Shown here: positions 34,230 to 47,126 of the stretch, piece after piece | Numbering within the stretch: the stretch's first letter is position 1 | Layout: every line of letters starts with the position of its first letter | NCBI GenBank assembly: GCA_003971905.1 | Contig: RSEE01000052.1 | Span: forward strand, 124,001-188,000 | Direction: 5' to 3' | DNA: 64,000 nucleotides | From: Moniliella sp. 'wahieum' | Taxonomy: Eukaryota | The notes under the pieces: generated by a model | Database searches by the model: none | The model's input: only the letters and a program-made list of their open reading frames with translations | What the model was told of the DNA's origin: nothing | Position numbers and translations under genes: made by a program

Positions 34230-36500
34230 AGTAACTAGCAAACTAGTGACTAGTGACTAGTGACTAGTGACTAGGACTGCCTCTACATGTTCGCCCACAT
34301 CAACAGTCTCAGGAAATCCTAGCTTCGGCAACCCGCGTTATTATTCGCTCACAGTCTGTATGTCATTCAGGGTGGTGTGCGCCCAGCATGCCCTCTATAT
34401 GATGAAGAGTATGAGCCGTCGGGTTAGGCTGAGGCCTGACTCAGGCTTCAGCTTCAACACCTGAAGCCTGAAATTTGAAAGGGGACACGCTCGATTAAGT
34501 GGGGTCATGTGGGTCAATTTCCGACACGCTCAAAAGTTTGTGTCGCATGCCACACATGTGATCTACGGCGACCGGCGACCCCGTATGTGTGCCTGAGGAA
34601 GGGGTTGTCGGGAACTAATGCATGTGCGCCGATGCAACTCATGTAACGTAACCAACCGACTGTAAATATGCACGAACATATCATTAAATCAAATTAATCA
34701 TTGTTCTTCCACCGGAGCATCCCCATTTCAGATCTGACAGCTTTACAAGCATGAGATGCATGATTATAGTATGAAGAGCCACACAAAAGTCACCGGTCAC
34801 CGAGTGCGAGCTCTCTCTGGGTATTATCAGGACTTCACACATCATGTGCATCATCATCATCACCGGTCACCAGTGGTTACTACCTTTGCTTGTACGTGAA
34901 TCCGTCAATCGCGACCGCCTCTCCGACGTTCCGCACGTCAAGCTTCAAGCTTCAAGTCTGCAGCACCGTTAATAAGCGACTGTGCTGGTTTTTGGTTACC
35001 GGCGGTTAATACCCGTTTGACAAGCTAGTACTACTCTACTTGACGGTAACGCCCGGTAACGTGTACTACTTGCATGCTATACCAACAGTAGATGGCATCC
35101 ATATCATCGACCATGCATCATGCATCATGCATTATGCCAATGATGTGTGTTGTTTGACAATATCGCATTGTACCTGTCACACATGTCACTCACTCGTTTT
35201 ATCAACGTGTCGGAGATGTCGTGCCTCCCTCTGTCCCTCGAAAGTAAGAAGCGCCCGTTCAAACGTTCATGACGTTCATGCATCATGATGCATGATATGT
35301 GACATGATGACAGGGACCGGGGGTTACCGGTTACTCTCAATACTTTGGTACTCGATACTCGTAGTACTCAGCCTGAGTACTCACATCAGTACTCAGTGAG
35401 TTCCGAATACTTGATACTCAGTCTGAGTGCTCAAAGTACCCAACGTAACGTTCAACGCGCTCAACGACGTCAACATGCTCACAGCGTTTATCATTTAATG
35501 TTCAACGTTGAAGTTCAACGTTCAACCGCAGAGTCCGGTCGAAAGCTACACTATTACTCGAGTCAATCTATATGTAGTCAGTATACTTACGAGTCACTCT
35601 AGTCACTAGTCAGTGCTCAGTACAAGCTCCAAGTTCTTCAACAAGCTTCAAGTTCTCCAAGCTTCAAGCTCTTCAAGCTTCAGTACTCGGTACCAATATC
35701 AGTGCGGAGGCGCTGAGTACTAAGATATAGTATGAACGTTGAACGTGAACTTGCATACTTTGTAAGTACGCTGTTCTGTTGCTCATCAGTGCTCACTTAG
35801 CCTGAAGGGCCTGAAGCTTGAAGCTTGAAGCTTGAAGCATAATGCATGAATGGGTACTCGATACTCGGTGGAAGCTGGAAGACAATATCATATTAGGGTT
35901 ATGGTGCTTGGACCGTATAGTACAGGATCTATCTAGAACTATATTAAACCCTCAAAGACGTGCACAGTGTGCAAGTCACATCTGGGAGCATATGAGCGTG
36001 AGCGCTGCATGTGACACACATGTGGGCAATGTGAGCCATGTGAGCAATGTGAACGCTGAGCGCGCGCTGCGGCTGAGCCCGCTGCACAGTCACTTGTCAC
36101 TAGTCCGTAATCACCACAGTGATCACTATAGTCACTACAGCCACAACCATTTTGGTTGTGATTGAGTGGGTATTATGATTGTGGGTATTCTATTGATGGC
36201 CTTGCGCGTTCCAATGGAGCGCTGCGTGCATCAACGTGAGCTAGGCGCCGAAGCGCGAAGCTTTGAAGTGACTAGTGACTAGTGACTACCTTGGAACACA
36301 AGTGCTTCAAGCTTGAAGCCGTGCTGGGCGCTTCTGCGGCCTTTGCTTCCTAGCTGAGGCCCTGAGGCCTGAGAACCAGGCGCTCAGGCCTCAGGGGGAA
36401 ACAAGGTTGCGCTTGGTCACGCTCCTCTTAGAGGGACTGTGACATGTGAACGTTGAACACCGAACATCGGCAGTGCACCTGAGGCCTTGAGGCTTGACGC
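34230..36500. repeat. Dense field of 7-bp-period palindromic micro-repeats
   Basis: (ACTAGTG)n ~34243-34272, (AAGCTTC)n ~34940, (ATGCATC)n ~35113, AGTACTC units ~35348-35395, AACGTTC/G ~35447-35525, (AAGCTTG)n ~35814-35838. Confidence 0.85.
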
Positions 36501-36622
36501 GGATAGTGATTGACACTTCGGTGACTTTTCACAATCAGTGTATGTGTAGCCACCCGGTCGAGTCCTTTCGAGCCCAGTGTGTGTGGCAACTAGATTCCGC
36601 CTCAAGCTTCAAGAGTGGAACG

Positions 36623-38679
36623 ATGGGCAACTCGAATTCTTCTTGCCTGCCACCACCTCGCCAACGCTAGTGCCCTTGCTTTTCAAGTTCCCTCGGTTCT
36701 CGACGCCGCCAAGCTGCGTCGCCACTGAACGCATCGCACCCGTTCGTGCTTTACAACGCCAGTACAATCGTCGCCACACACGCACGGCTCTCTTTTCTTC
36801 GCATAATCCGACACTATCGATACCACACTTATTCTGCGCCTCCTTTCACCCGGGATTACTTTCCTTGCTCATGCTCCCTTATCCTGAAAACGACCTGTTC
36901 TTGCATGGCGCCATTCTGGAGAATTTGCCTCATCCTCGTCTGGACTTCGTCAACCGTATCTGGGGGCCGGCACTTCTAATTCCTTCTCCCGGTTCTTAAG
37001 CCCAAATGATACAGCGATTGGTCAGAAAAATCCTCAGGCAATTCACCAAGCGTCTACCTCTCCATCTTCGGGGGTTGGTCCCCCTTCCAGGAGCCCCACT
37101 TGGTCTTCTGCAGTTATCCGCTCCATGAACGAAAGCAGGGGAACCACTTGCTCCACGGGGAGAATCAGAAGGGGGGAATGAGTCCCTGCACTATTTCGGA
37201 CGCTCTCTGGGGAATATTCCCAGCGGAGGACATAACGGACAACCGTCAACATTGAAGTTACTAACGAATTGAGCATTTTCGTGGTGACCTTTCTTCTACG
37301 CTTCAGGAAGGGATCTGGTGGATTTCTTGAACCCACCTGCGTGGCCGTCCGGTCATCCTTGTTTAGTGGCACACAGCCATAACCACTCCCACAAGGCACA
37401 GCACGAGCTGAACCAGGCTGAGATTGGCCTGCTCCGTTCACTGGCATCAAGGAGCCAAAGTAAGTTCATATCCCTTGTATGAAGGATTACGACGAACTGA
37501 TTGGGTTGCCACAGATCATGACCGATCCCGTAACCAACGCTTCTCGTGCTTTGGTTTCGTACGGTTTCTACATACGCAGGAGGCCAAAGGGCTTTGGTTG
37601 AGATGAATGGAGTTCTGATCATCCAGCAGATGGGCGTTCGCCAGCACGGCCCTGGTGTTTGTCCTGCTACCGCTAAGAGCAAGGGTCAATCTCCTACTGG
37701 ACATTACTCTGGGAGCGCCAAATTGAACTCTGAAAGGCAGTACCAGGGGGACGCAAAATTTGCGTTCTTCCCCACCTTCCATTTCTTCGTTCACGCGTGA
37801 TTATCCCAATGGTGAACCTCAACCGTTCTCATCAATCCTTATGGACAAGACGAGTCAACAAGCTGCCAATCAGGCCGCTAACGCTGCGAGCGCTTCAGAC
37901 CCTCGCATTACCACCGTCTTTGTTGGAGGGTTGTCGTCCTTGGTGTCAGAGGCTACACTGAGGACCTTTTTCGCACCATTTGGGGAAATCTCATACGTTA
38001 AGATTCCCCCTGGGAAGGGATGTGGTTTTGTCGCATTCCTTCGCAAGTCGGAGGCGCAAAATGCCATCGACAAGCTCCAAGGGTTCCGTTTGGCAGGATC
38101 CAGCATCCGACTCAGTTGGGGGCGGAGCCAGGGAGACAAAGCGGCAGCTGCGGCTGCAGCGGCCGCAGCCTCTGACTTCCCCAATGCAGCACCAAATCAC
38201 GTTAGCCATCACGTTACCCAGTTGGCCGCCCGCTATGGTCTCACGGGTCTTTCCACCACCCAACTTACTCAGCTGCAAGAGCTCATCCGCTTTGTCCATG
38301 CCGAAGCCTGCAACGGTAATAATGTCCTGGACCCTATGCACCCGCAGGCTCTCCGTTGGGTGGTGCGGATATGATGGGCATTGCCCAGGATGCGCCTGGG
38401 GCATATGCGCGGTCTTCTAGCGATGGATCGATACCTATGCACCCAACTCTTTCTCAAACTGGATTGCAAGAAGGAAACGCCTCATACAACGCCTTACCGA
38501 CATCGTCTTTGTTGATTGGACAAAACCATCCCCATACCGCATCATATTCTTCACTCAGTCCTCCCAAAGCTCTCACTCGCTGGGGATTACGACTTGACTG
38601 GCCCTTGGAGCAACGGACCCGAGTCATCACTTTTTGGTGGTTTACCTCGGGCGCAGTCTCCTCTGTTCTCTCTTTATGA
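36623..38679 (+). CDS. Nam8/Ngr1-like multi-RRM RNA-binding protein
   Basis: IMTDPVTN, FGFVRF, RALVEMNG, ITTVFVGGLSSLVSEATLRTFFAPFGEISYVKIPPGKGCGFV, IRLSWGRSQ. Start, end and splicing uncertain. Confidence 0.8.
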
Positions 38680-41597
38680 AGAGAACCGGCAGTGATACGC
38701 AAGGCGAACGCGGTTCAGCCATGTATGTTCGTTCAAAGGACAGACATACCAAGCGCAGCAACCTATCCTCGTGCGTTCGTACATCGGTCATGTTTGATCG
38801 ATCACAGCAGTTTTCTTTTCTTGTACCATCATGGTTTTGGATGCGGTCTCCTATATCAGAGAGTATTAACGCATCTCATCACTGCATCAACACCATTTTT
38901 AAATCGCCGAGTTTTTGTCCCTCTGTTTTTCATGCACCCCTCCCCACACCAATGCGGACTCTCTTGGTTTCTCGCTTGTTGTGGAATAAGCTTGCTCTTT
39001 GCTTTTTGTGGCTTCTTTCGCCAATGTTATCTCGCGCAAATTCATCGCTCTCGTTAGTATATGGTACCGCAACACACCATCTTCCCTGGCCCTTACCTGC
39101 TGATTTTTGCTATCCATTCTATATGTTATTGGCTCCATCCTCAATCTGGGCGTGTTACTTAGCTCAAAGGCATAGTGTCCAGCAACGGCACGCGCAACGG
39201 GTGCCTTTGCACAACACAAAACCTTGCGACAAAATACAAAGATATATGCGTGCGTTGAACGTCACTCTTGCATCAATAAACCACAGGCGTTTCAGTTCCA
39301 ACCTGACCCTCAGTATACAGAAAGCATAAATCAGTTCTTTCATATATTAGGCTATGACATCGATGACAGATGACACCCCATTGAGGCCATGATCTGCGTG
39401 ACCTACATGACTTGTGTATAACCAGAACGCGAGAGGAAGAAGGCCTCTTTTTGACAAAGTCGTGATTCATCTCTCCACATATCCAATTGACGTTGTCTAT
39501 CTCTGCCTCATTTTTCCTTTTCTTATCAGAAGAGAATATATATTTAAGTGTGGCTGAGCTACACATCCACCTTATACAACATCCATGTCAGCTAGGGCCG
39601 CGACTCCACACTGAGAGACGTACATGGATTCTTTTTGCATACACGTTAATTATGCTGCTCCTATGACGGGGTTGCTGTGGCTTCCCAGGTGGAGACCTTC
39701 CCTGCCCATCGGGGCAAGACTCACGGAGGACTGAACGCGTGTTTCAGATCAGCACTGGCGTGAACATTGGAGGGTCGTGAGTAGTGCTTTACTGTTCGTC
39801 GGGCAGAGCCAGGCAGTGTCCGCGGGAGGTTGCACGTTAGGGGCCGGACGAGAAAGCGGGCAGTCCCGATGGTCGAGGGAGGGCAAGCGAGCTGATTGGA
39901 AAGGTGGCTCTTCTAGAGTGAGTTTGTCTAGAAGAAGTGTGAAGGGGAAAGGGAGGAATCAGAATGGTGGGGTGCTTGGGCTATCACAATTGGATCTAAG
40001 ACAGGCAGGTTTTATAGAAGAGAAAGGAGAAACAAAGGGAAGATCAACAGGTCTACAGCAGAAGAGGAAACGAGTCAAAGGGGAGAAGTGAAGACCAAGC
40101 GCGAGAAGCACGAGGTGGGAGACGAGGCGAGGGTCAAGGGCGAGGCGTACTCGCGACGAGAAACGAGGGGAGAGAGCGAGTCGAATTCATGTGTAGTGTT
40201 TTGGATTTTAGACGAGCGCGAGCGGAGAAGAGACGATTTGTTATGGATTTGTAGATTGTAGATGTGCTGATAATCCTAATCACGGGAGGGAAAAGGATAG
40301 CAAACTTGAGTAGTGATAGGAAGAGAAGCCAAGAAGGGGGAGCGACGATGAGGAAGTGGAGGTGGCGCGGCTTAATCGTCGCCTCGTGACAGCTCCCTTT
40401 TATGTACCGTTAAGGTTTTTATCGACCATCGTATTATAGGGTATGAAAATGGATTATAATACGCCAGGGTGAAGCTCATGGTTGTGTTAGCTCTGTATGG
40501 GTCGTTGAGAGCCTCGCCGTCTCCTCTCTATCTGTCGTGAGTGCCAGTGAAGGAATGGATATCTCATTTTTCCTCACTCTCATCATCTCGTGTAGTAGAT
40601 ACGACCGTTTTGTTTGGTATACACTGTACAGGACATAATATTTTGAGCGTTACTGGTTTATGTCGCAGTCCCAGCACTTGTTCCTTCGTCCCGGTCGGCG
40701 AATAAGTGATCTCATCAACAGAGACCTTGACACTTTCTGGAAAGCATGGCATCAGCAAAACACCTGTGGTCGAAAGAAATCTGCACGTGATGCACTGTTG
40801 ACCCAGGGCCAAAAGGACACACAGCCAAAAGGCCAGCCACCTCCGTGGTCACACAAGGTCCCACTAATCTTCTTCATCCCATTCGGGCATCCAGTACCAC
40901 TTCTCTCTCTCTTCCTCTCCTTCTGGGTTCGACCCAGCTCCGCTCTTCCTTCTACTATGATAAATATTGCATAACTGCACTTAAGGGCACCACTCCATTG
41001 GGAACCTGGAGATCACTATATGTGCCTATTATGTCATAGGCGTGTTTATGGGCATATATTGTTGACGGAGGTGCCCCCACAAAGATATATACAAATCCTG
41101 ATGATCGATGTTGGTAGACCACAGACGCTGGGGGCTCCCCTAGGCTCCCGAAACAAAGATGGCCACAGTACAGTTGTAGTAGCGCATATCACACAGCATA
41201 TACGCATCATGAAAAACCCCTCTGCATTGGCACGCTCTCATTTCCTCAACGTTACATCAAAAACGTTTTCAACACTCTCTTTTACTGATTTGTGCTGAAC
41301 GAAAAACGTGGTTCTAAGAGAGATACACGTTGCTGGAGAAAATTAAGGACACAGGCTTATATATAGCCCAGGGTATAGTATAGCAGAGGGAACGTCCGGG
41401 AAGATATATAAGAAGGACGACGGCTTTGCTGGTGATCTGGACAGCGGCGCAACGTCTATATTTACACTTTTTTTGGCGACCAATGCAGCAATAACAAGAG
41501 AAGTATGCCCCCAGTGTGCCTCCTGGATGCAACTCCTGTGGTAGGGAGAGAGATAAAGGAAATGTAGGGTATGCATGCAGAACCTTGAGGACGATGC

Positions 41598-41884
41598 TGT
41601 TGACGATGATCCTCCGGCTCTTAGTCGGTAATAGACCAGGCTCGCCTCGGTTCCATCGGCTTCCACACGCTGCGGGTATCGTCCCAGCGAGTGTTGGGTC
41701 TGCCCCCCTGATGTGCCCTGCATCGCTTCCTGTATATCTCACTTGCTCTGTGCCTAGTCCGGCCTCCTTTTATATATTAGATGCCTCTTGCGCCCACATA
41801 CCCAACTCTGGCTCCAATCCATCACCTTCTCCTCATCATTCTGCGCGCTGAGACTCAGCGCTCAACCGGCTCCCTAGGCCAACA
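41598..41884. mobile_element. Solo LTR, family C
   Basis: TGTTG...CAACA inverted termini, degenerate TSD gatgc/ggtgt. Homologous to 31956-32188. Confidence 0.72.
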
Positions 41885-43042
41885 GGTGTCACATGTCACA
41901 TGTCATGCATGTCACCGGTCACCAGCGGCGACACAACCGAATGAGAAAACCCAATTATTTTTGCCTTTTTGTGCGACAGCGGGGTGCACCGCGAGTAGTA
42001 CTTAGTAGCCGTGCATATATAGATGCGGCCGCGGTTGCCCGTCTAGGTACGTAGCGGGCGCTGAATAAATCATCCCCCAAGAAGGCCCAAGTGGGGTGAC
42101 CGGTGAACGTGTGAACGCAGCGTTACATCCGTACGAAGACAACTAATACTAATATTGATTGCAGCGCGCACAAGACGCACTCCACATCAGTTGTTTTACT
42201 GCGCTTACTGCACCGAGGGAACAGCATCGTAAGCGTAACCCTTGAAGCTTGAAGCATGCGGTGTGGAGCAAAGCTTCTTATAACATTCGCCGCTATAGCG
42301 GCCCTCAAGTGATGCAACAGTGCGGGTATACGCGGTCCAATACAAAGAGAAGTGACTAGTGACTAGTAGTGACGCGTGACGACTAGTGGTCAGTGTGACA
42401 CGAGTGACTGCAGTGACTACTAGTAGTACTTCACTAGTACTTAGTATAGTTAGTGGCTAGTGATGCATGATGCATGATGTATGATGCATGTTGATAGATG
42501 GAATAGCTTCAAGCTTCAAGGATATCGATCGATTGATCGATCGATCATCGATCATCTCCGGCACAATTGCTAAATGTTAGCTTTGACGCGTGACGAGTGT
42601 GTAATAAAAGTACTTTGCCGAGGTCTTCTGGCCCCCAAACCGGATCCCTCCCACATATTCTCTCCCTTGTTTCTCTGTTATATATTGTTTCTGTTATATA
42701 GGTCTGGACAGAAATCATATGGGGGTGCGTTTCGGGAGAAGAGAGATATGATGCAATGCATGATGGGTTTTTCATCCATCAACATAATCTGTTGTATGGT
42801 GTCGTTAATACTGCGAGAAGAGTACTGACTGCCACAGAGTAAGCCCTCTCTTCAGGCGGTGCGTGAGGCGTGAGGCGTGAGGCGTGCGGTGTGGTCAGCA
42901 CAGGTGCCTGCTCTGCATTCTTTTCTCCAACACACACCAACACATTAGTTAACAGAACAGATTCAGCCATATCTACTGGTACATCATTGCATCACCACAT
43001 CTCTTTGTACGCCTGCCAAAATGGCATTGTGTGTACGAAAGG

Positions 43043-43642
43043 TGGAGGACGAGGATGGGACGAGGCACGGACCGAGGGCACAGCGCACCGACTACCGCGT
43101 GACGGGGCCTGGAGCACTGGGAGGATCAGGAATAGAGGTCGACCACACGCTGCGCGACACGGGAACGCAAGAGGAGCGCGTACCGGCGGGTGGTGCACGA
43201 GAGCACTGCGTCGCCTTTGGAACGCCGGGAGAAGGAACTGCTTCGGCTGCTGGAACAAGCAGAATGCGACAAGAACGCCAAGTACCAGGGACGCACTCAA
43301 GAGCCGTTTTTCCCCCTGGTTTTGACGACGCGAGGATACTACGGCACCAAGACAGCGGGCAAGTTGTTTGCGCATTGGAAGGAGTTGGCTACCAAGTCTC
43401 AGTGAAAATGGTTCCTCGCTCGGATGTCAACCACATTCATCCGTGTCCACACGCGCTTCCTAGGGTACGGGACCGGATGGCGAGAACCGGAGGGTCCTGA
43501 TATCCTGGCGATCCCCCTGGTTCCTTGACCTTAGTGGCGCTTCCAAGTAACCCCGCAAGATGAACGGTTCGGTTTAGACGTAGCGTTCCCCCTGTCCCAG
43601 CCTTAAGCTCTGTCAATGATATGAATTCGAAAGGGTGGAGAT
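43043..43642 (+). mobile_element. 5'-truncated CRE-type RLE non-LTR retrotransposon (endonuclease C-terminus + complete 3' UTR)
   Basis: RTDYRV...EVDHTL...KNAKY...FFPLVLTTRG, stop 43403-43405, ~240-nt 3' UTR. Matches 1-487 reverse complement. Confidence 0.88.
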
Positions 43643-44189
43643 TATCGATCGATTTTTAAAGAGAGAAAAGTCCGTTAGGGACAGAGCATATACATGGGTG
43701 AGTCGCATACATACAACAGCGCCAGAGATGATGTGTGAACAGCTACATGCATATCGTGGCGTTGACAACCTTGCCGAGACCCGATGCTAGAATCCGACGA
43801 GAGCTTGGAAGAGTGTCGGGTGTCGGGATCAGACTCGATCATAGTTGTCTGGCCCCCTTGATTTGTTCTCCACCCTGTTTTTCCCCCTTTGGATTATTGT
43901 GCTCCCTCTTTTCCTCCTGTGACTTAGCTCGCATGTTCTCTTCTTCTCCGAGGCATATATATACCCCGCTCTCTTTCCACAACACTTGATGAATATGATC
44001 CCCATCCTTTCCCCCTCTCCATCTCCTGTTACGTTTGATCCCACTCAGCCTTGCGGCTTTCAGCCCAACCACCCCCCATGTCCGCTGGACACATCTCTCT
44101 TCCCTTCCCCTCCCCTATACACCACATGTCCAGCCGCCGCACACGTGCTATTGCGTCCCACGCGGCCAGCTGAAGGAGGAGGATAAATG

Positions 44190-44343
44190 AGGATGTGGTT
44201 CTGAAGAGAGGTACAGAAGACTATGAGAAGGGTAGGGCCGCATATATATAGGCGAGAGTACCGGGGAGCAGAGGAGCGTCCGGGCGGATAAGAGGGTTAA
44301 TGCCTATCACGCAGGATGGCGTGATTGGGGCATCACCTCAACA
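44190..44343 (+). repeat. Degenerate dispersed repeat family D
   Basis: Matches 6800-6950 and the reverse complement of 31850-31955. Ends ...ctcaaca (LTR-like CA). Confidence 0.55.
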
Positions 44344-47126
44344 AAGAGACAGCTGGCAGAGAGAGGGATCTGAGCCAAAGAGATGTGCTTGATGCGGGAA
44401 GTCTCTGATCCTCAGTCAAGCCTATAGCTTTTTGAACAGAAGCGAGGCTGTCAACCTCTCGTCTACCCGCGCCTTTTTAGTTACCCCCGAACCAATCATC
44501 CACCAGCGCTGCATTGTGGAACTGTCCGTCCGGAAGCGCCTCCGACCAGGAGCCGACAGAATTGAGCCCCCGTCAACAACTCCACAACATGTTAGCTATT
44601 GCCGCCGCCGCTGTCACCGAGCCAGCCACACCCCTACCATCGCGCCAACGCGCTGACGGTAGATTCTTTTCATTTTCTTTTACAGTGCGACCGACTTTGG
44701 AGAAAGTTGCAGGTAGAACTGGGGCAAGGGACAACGTTTAATTGTAACGACGCCACGGTACCTAGATGACAGGATTTTCGGACAAAAATATTGGGCAATC
44801 ACGGTGGCCATGCAGCGTATGAGATTTTGGATGACGACAGTTTTCGGGCCTTGTCATCATTCTGCATGATACGTGTGTTGAACACGAGCGGGACCCCAAT
44901 TCGAGAGGAGTGGCGCGTGGTCCTTAGTTCTCGCGTGGGAGATGATGGTTGTTCACGGTTGTGCCTTCGGGAAAGGGCCGCGATCTGTGAGGCATGACAT
45001 ATGCCTAAAAGATTAATGGTATTACCATTCTATTAATGGCGGTACTCTATACTCTTCAGACCAAAACAAACTTATTAATAACCATTGCCTGGTTCGCTTC
45101 ATTTAGTTGGAGGACGAGGGGAATGATGAGAGATGTGATGACCGAGATGGACGCTTTCTTCTGTACGAAGTTTCGACGGATTCTATAGGGGAGACGAGAA
45201 TCCCCGTCGGGCTAAGAAGGACGATAACTTTGAAGACAATAAGATCATGAGAGCCTGTGGAGCCCGTGCCTATTCGGATGATAGGATGCGGCTGCCTCCT
45301 TTGTACCAGTATATTGCGCCCCACGCGTGTGTTGAGAGGCCATAATCAACAAAGCCAATGCCTGTCTTATCATCACTTTCGTAACCCCCCCCAACGGATG
45401 CGAGCACGATGCCAGCCGCCAAAGCTTCGAGCTCAGCCTGTGAGCGACAAGCAGGTTCAGGTTGTGTGGTCACCAGCTCCGTACTCCATGTTGCTACTTG
45501 CACCAAGCGCAAATGTGGTCTGATGCTACCGCTTGGGCACAACTTGGCTAGCACCCGCACTCATAATCCCATCCAAAAGTTATTTTTTGGCGCGTTTTAC
45601 ACGAAACTGTTCGGGAACCCATCCTCACAGGCCTCATGTTCCGATGTACTGCGCTTCATCCCGGACACCGACATTCTCAACCAGTGGGTTCGGGAGGACG
45701 AGGACAAGATGCGTTTGGGGAGGAAGGACATCATAGTATACGTACGGATTTTACCGAGTAGTGATGGGACCAGGAGTGCCCTGGGGATCAGGAATGAAGC
45801 TTGAAGCTTGAAGGCGGGCTACACCTTGAGGGAGAGTCCTGAATTCGGAGGTGCAATGCAAAGATACCAGCCATATTTTACAGTGACGCGGAGGGGTCAT
45901 ACAATGTCACACGGGAGCCACACATGTTACTAGCTTCCAAGTATTTTCGCGAGACGGTAACGTTTTTTGGTAGCTAATAAAAGGTTTTAGGCCGTTAGGC
46001 GTTATGACCCTGAGGCCCGAGGGTCTGAGAAGTAGCTGGTAACCGGTATAACTGGTAATCGAAAACGGCAACTGCCTAATAAGGCCAGCAACTGGTATAT
46101 ATATAACCTGTGATAACTCGATAACCCTAGGTGGCTTGTAGGGCATATGCGACTTGTAACGTTGGCATAGTGGTGTGTGATTCTGTGGTACGGGGTGGCA
46201 ACAGCGAATCCGGTGGGCGCAGCGATCTTCCAGCAGCGCAGCAGCTTTGGACGAGGCGGGGGGGGGGCGGGGCTTGTGGGGCTAACATGTAACAGCAGGC
46301 CGATGATTAAGGAGGCGCTGAGAGGTGACCTCACCGGTCAGCTGGGGCCTGAGAATCTGAGAGCGCTGAGGCGCTGAGGCGCGGAGACGCTCAAATCCAG
46401 CATGCTCATGGCGTGCTGTTGAGCCTCAGAGCCTCAATGCTGCTGACGAGCCGCAGACCTCTCGCTTTGTGTGGAACACGCTATGGCGATGATCGATGAG
46501 CGATGAGCGATCGATGAGCGCTGTCTGTGAGCCATGCGACATGCGACATGCGAGCGGACAATTATCGTCTTATCACCACTCTCCTCTGGGATTGTCGATT
46601 CCAGGGGGATCGCGGCGCGTCGGAGAAATGACGATGAAGCTTGAAGCTTGAAGTTAACGTTGACGTGTCGAGGTGTAACCATGTAACTTTTAACCATTGC
46701 GCAAACACACCTAGCGCAGTTTGCAGAGCGAGCTCCCTATAAACTGCTCCGCCAAAGGCCAATAAGGCCGGTGGTTGGGGGCTTGAAATTCAGTTTGATG
46801 TTGAATATTGAATCCTCACCGGCCGGTCACCTGAGGCCTAGAGGCCTCAGCCTGATGATCGATGAGTTGATGATGAGATCACCGAGATCATCCTGGTAGG
46901 GACTGGTTCGTTGCTACTTTTGCGATAGTTACTAGTTACTAGTTACGACTGAGCTCTATAACTACGAGCACACTCGCGAACTCAGTTGAACGTTGTGTAC
47001 TCCGTTACAACGCAACACGACTGAGCAGTGCGTGTGTGCGACCTGCTAGAGCTCGGTTGGTCGGGGTGTTCAACGTTCAGTGGTATGTTCCTCGGCAACA
47101 GATCACGCTGCCCTCCGTGATGAGGT

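Noticed and set aside
43406..43642. HDV-like ribozyme, group I/II intron or IscB/Fanzor omega-RNA
   Set aside because: Core consensus motifs were not found, and the adjacent ORF is an RLE retrotransposon C-terminus, not a RuvC nuclease.
46002..46334. Secreted effector-like ORF (MRSPLSASLIIGLLL)
   Set aside because: Starts at GTG inside a palindromic repeat, with no ATG or homology evidence.
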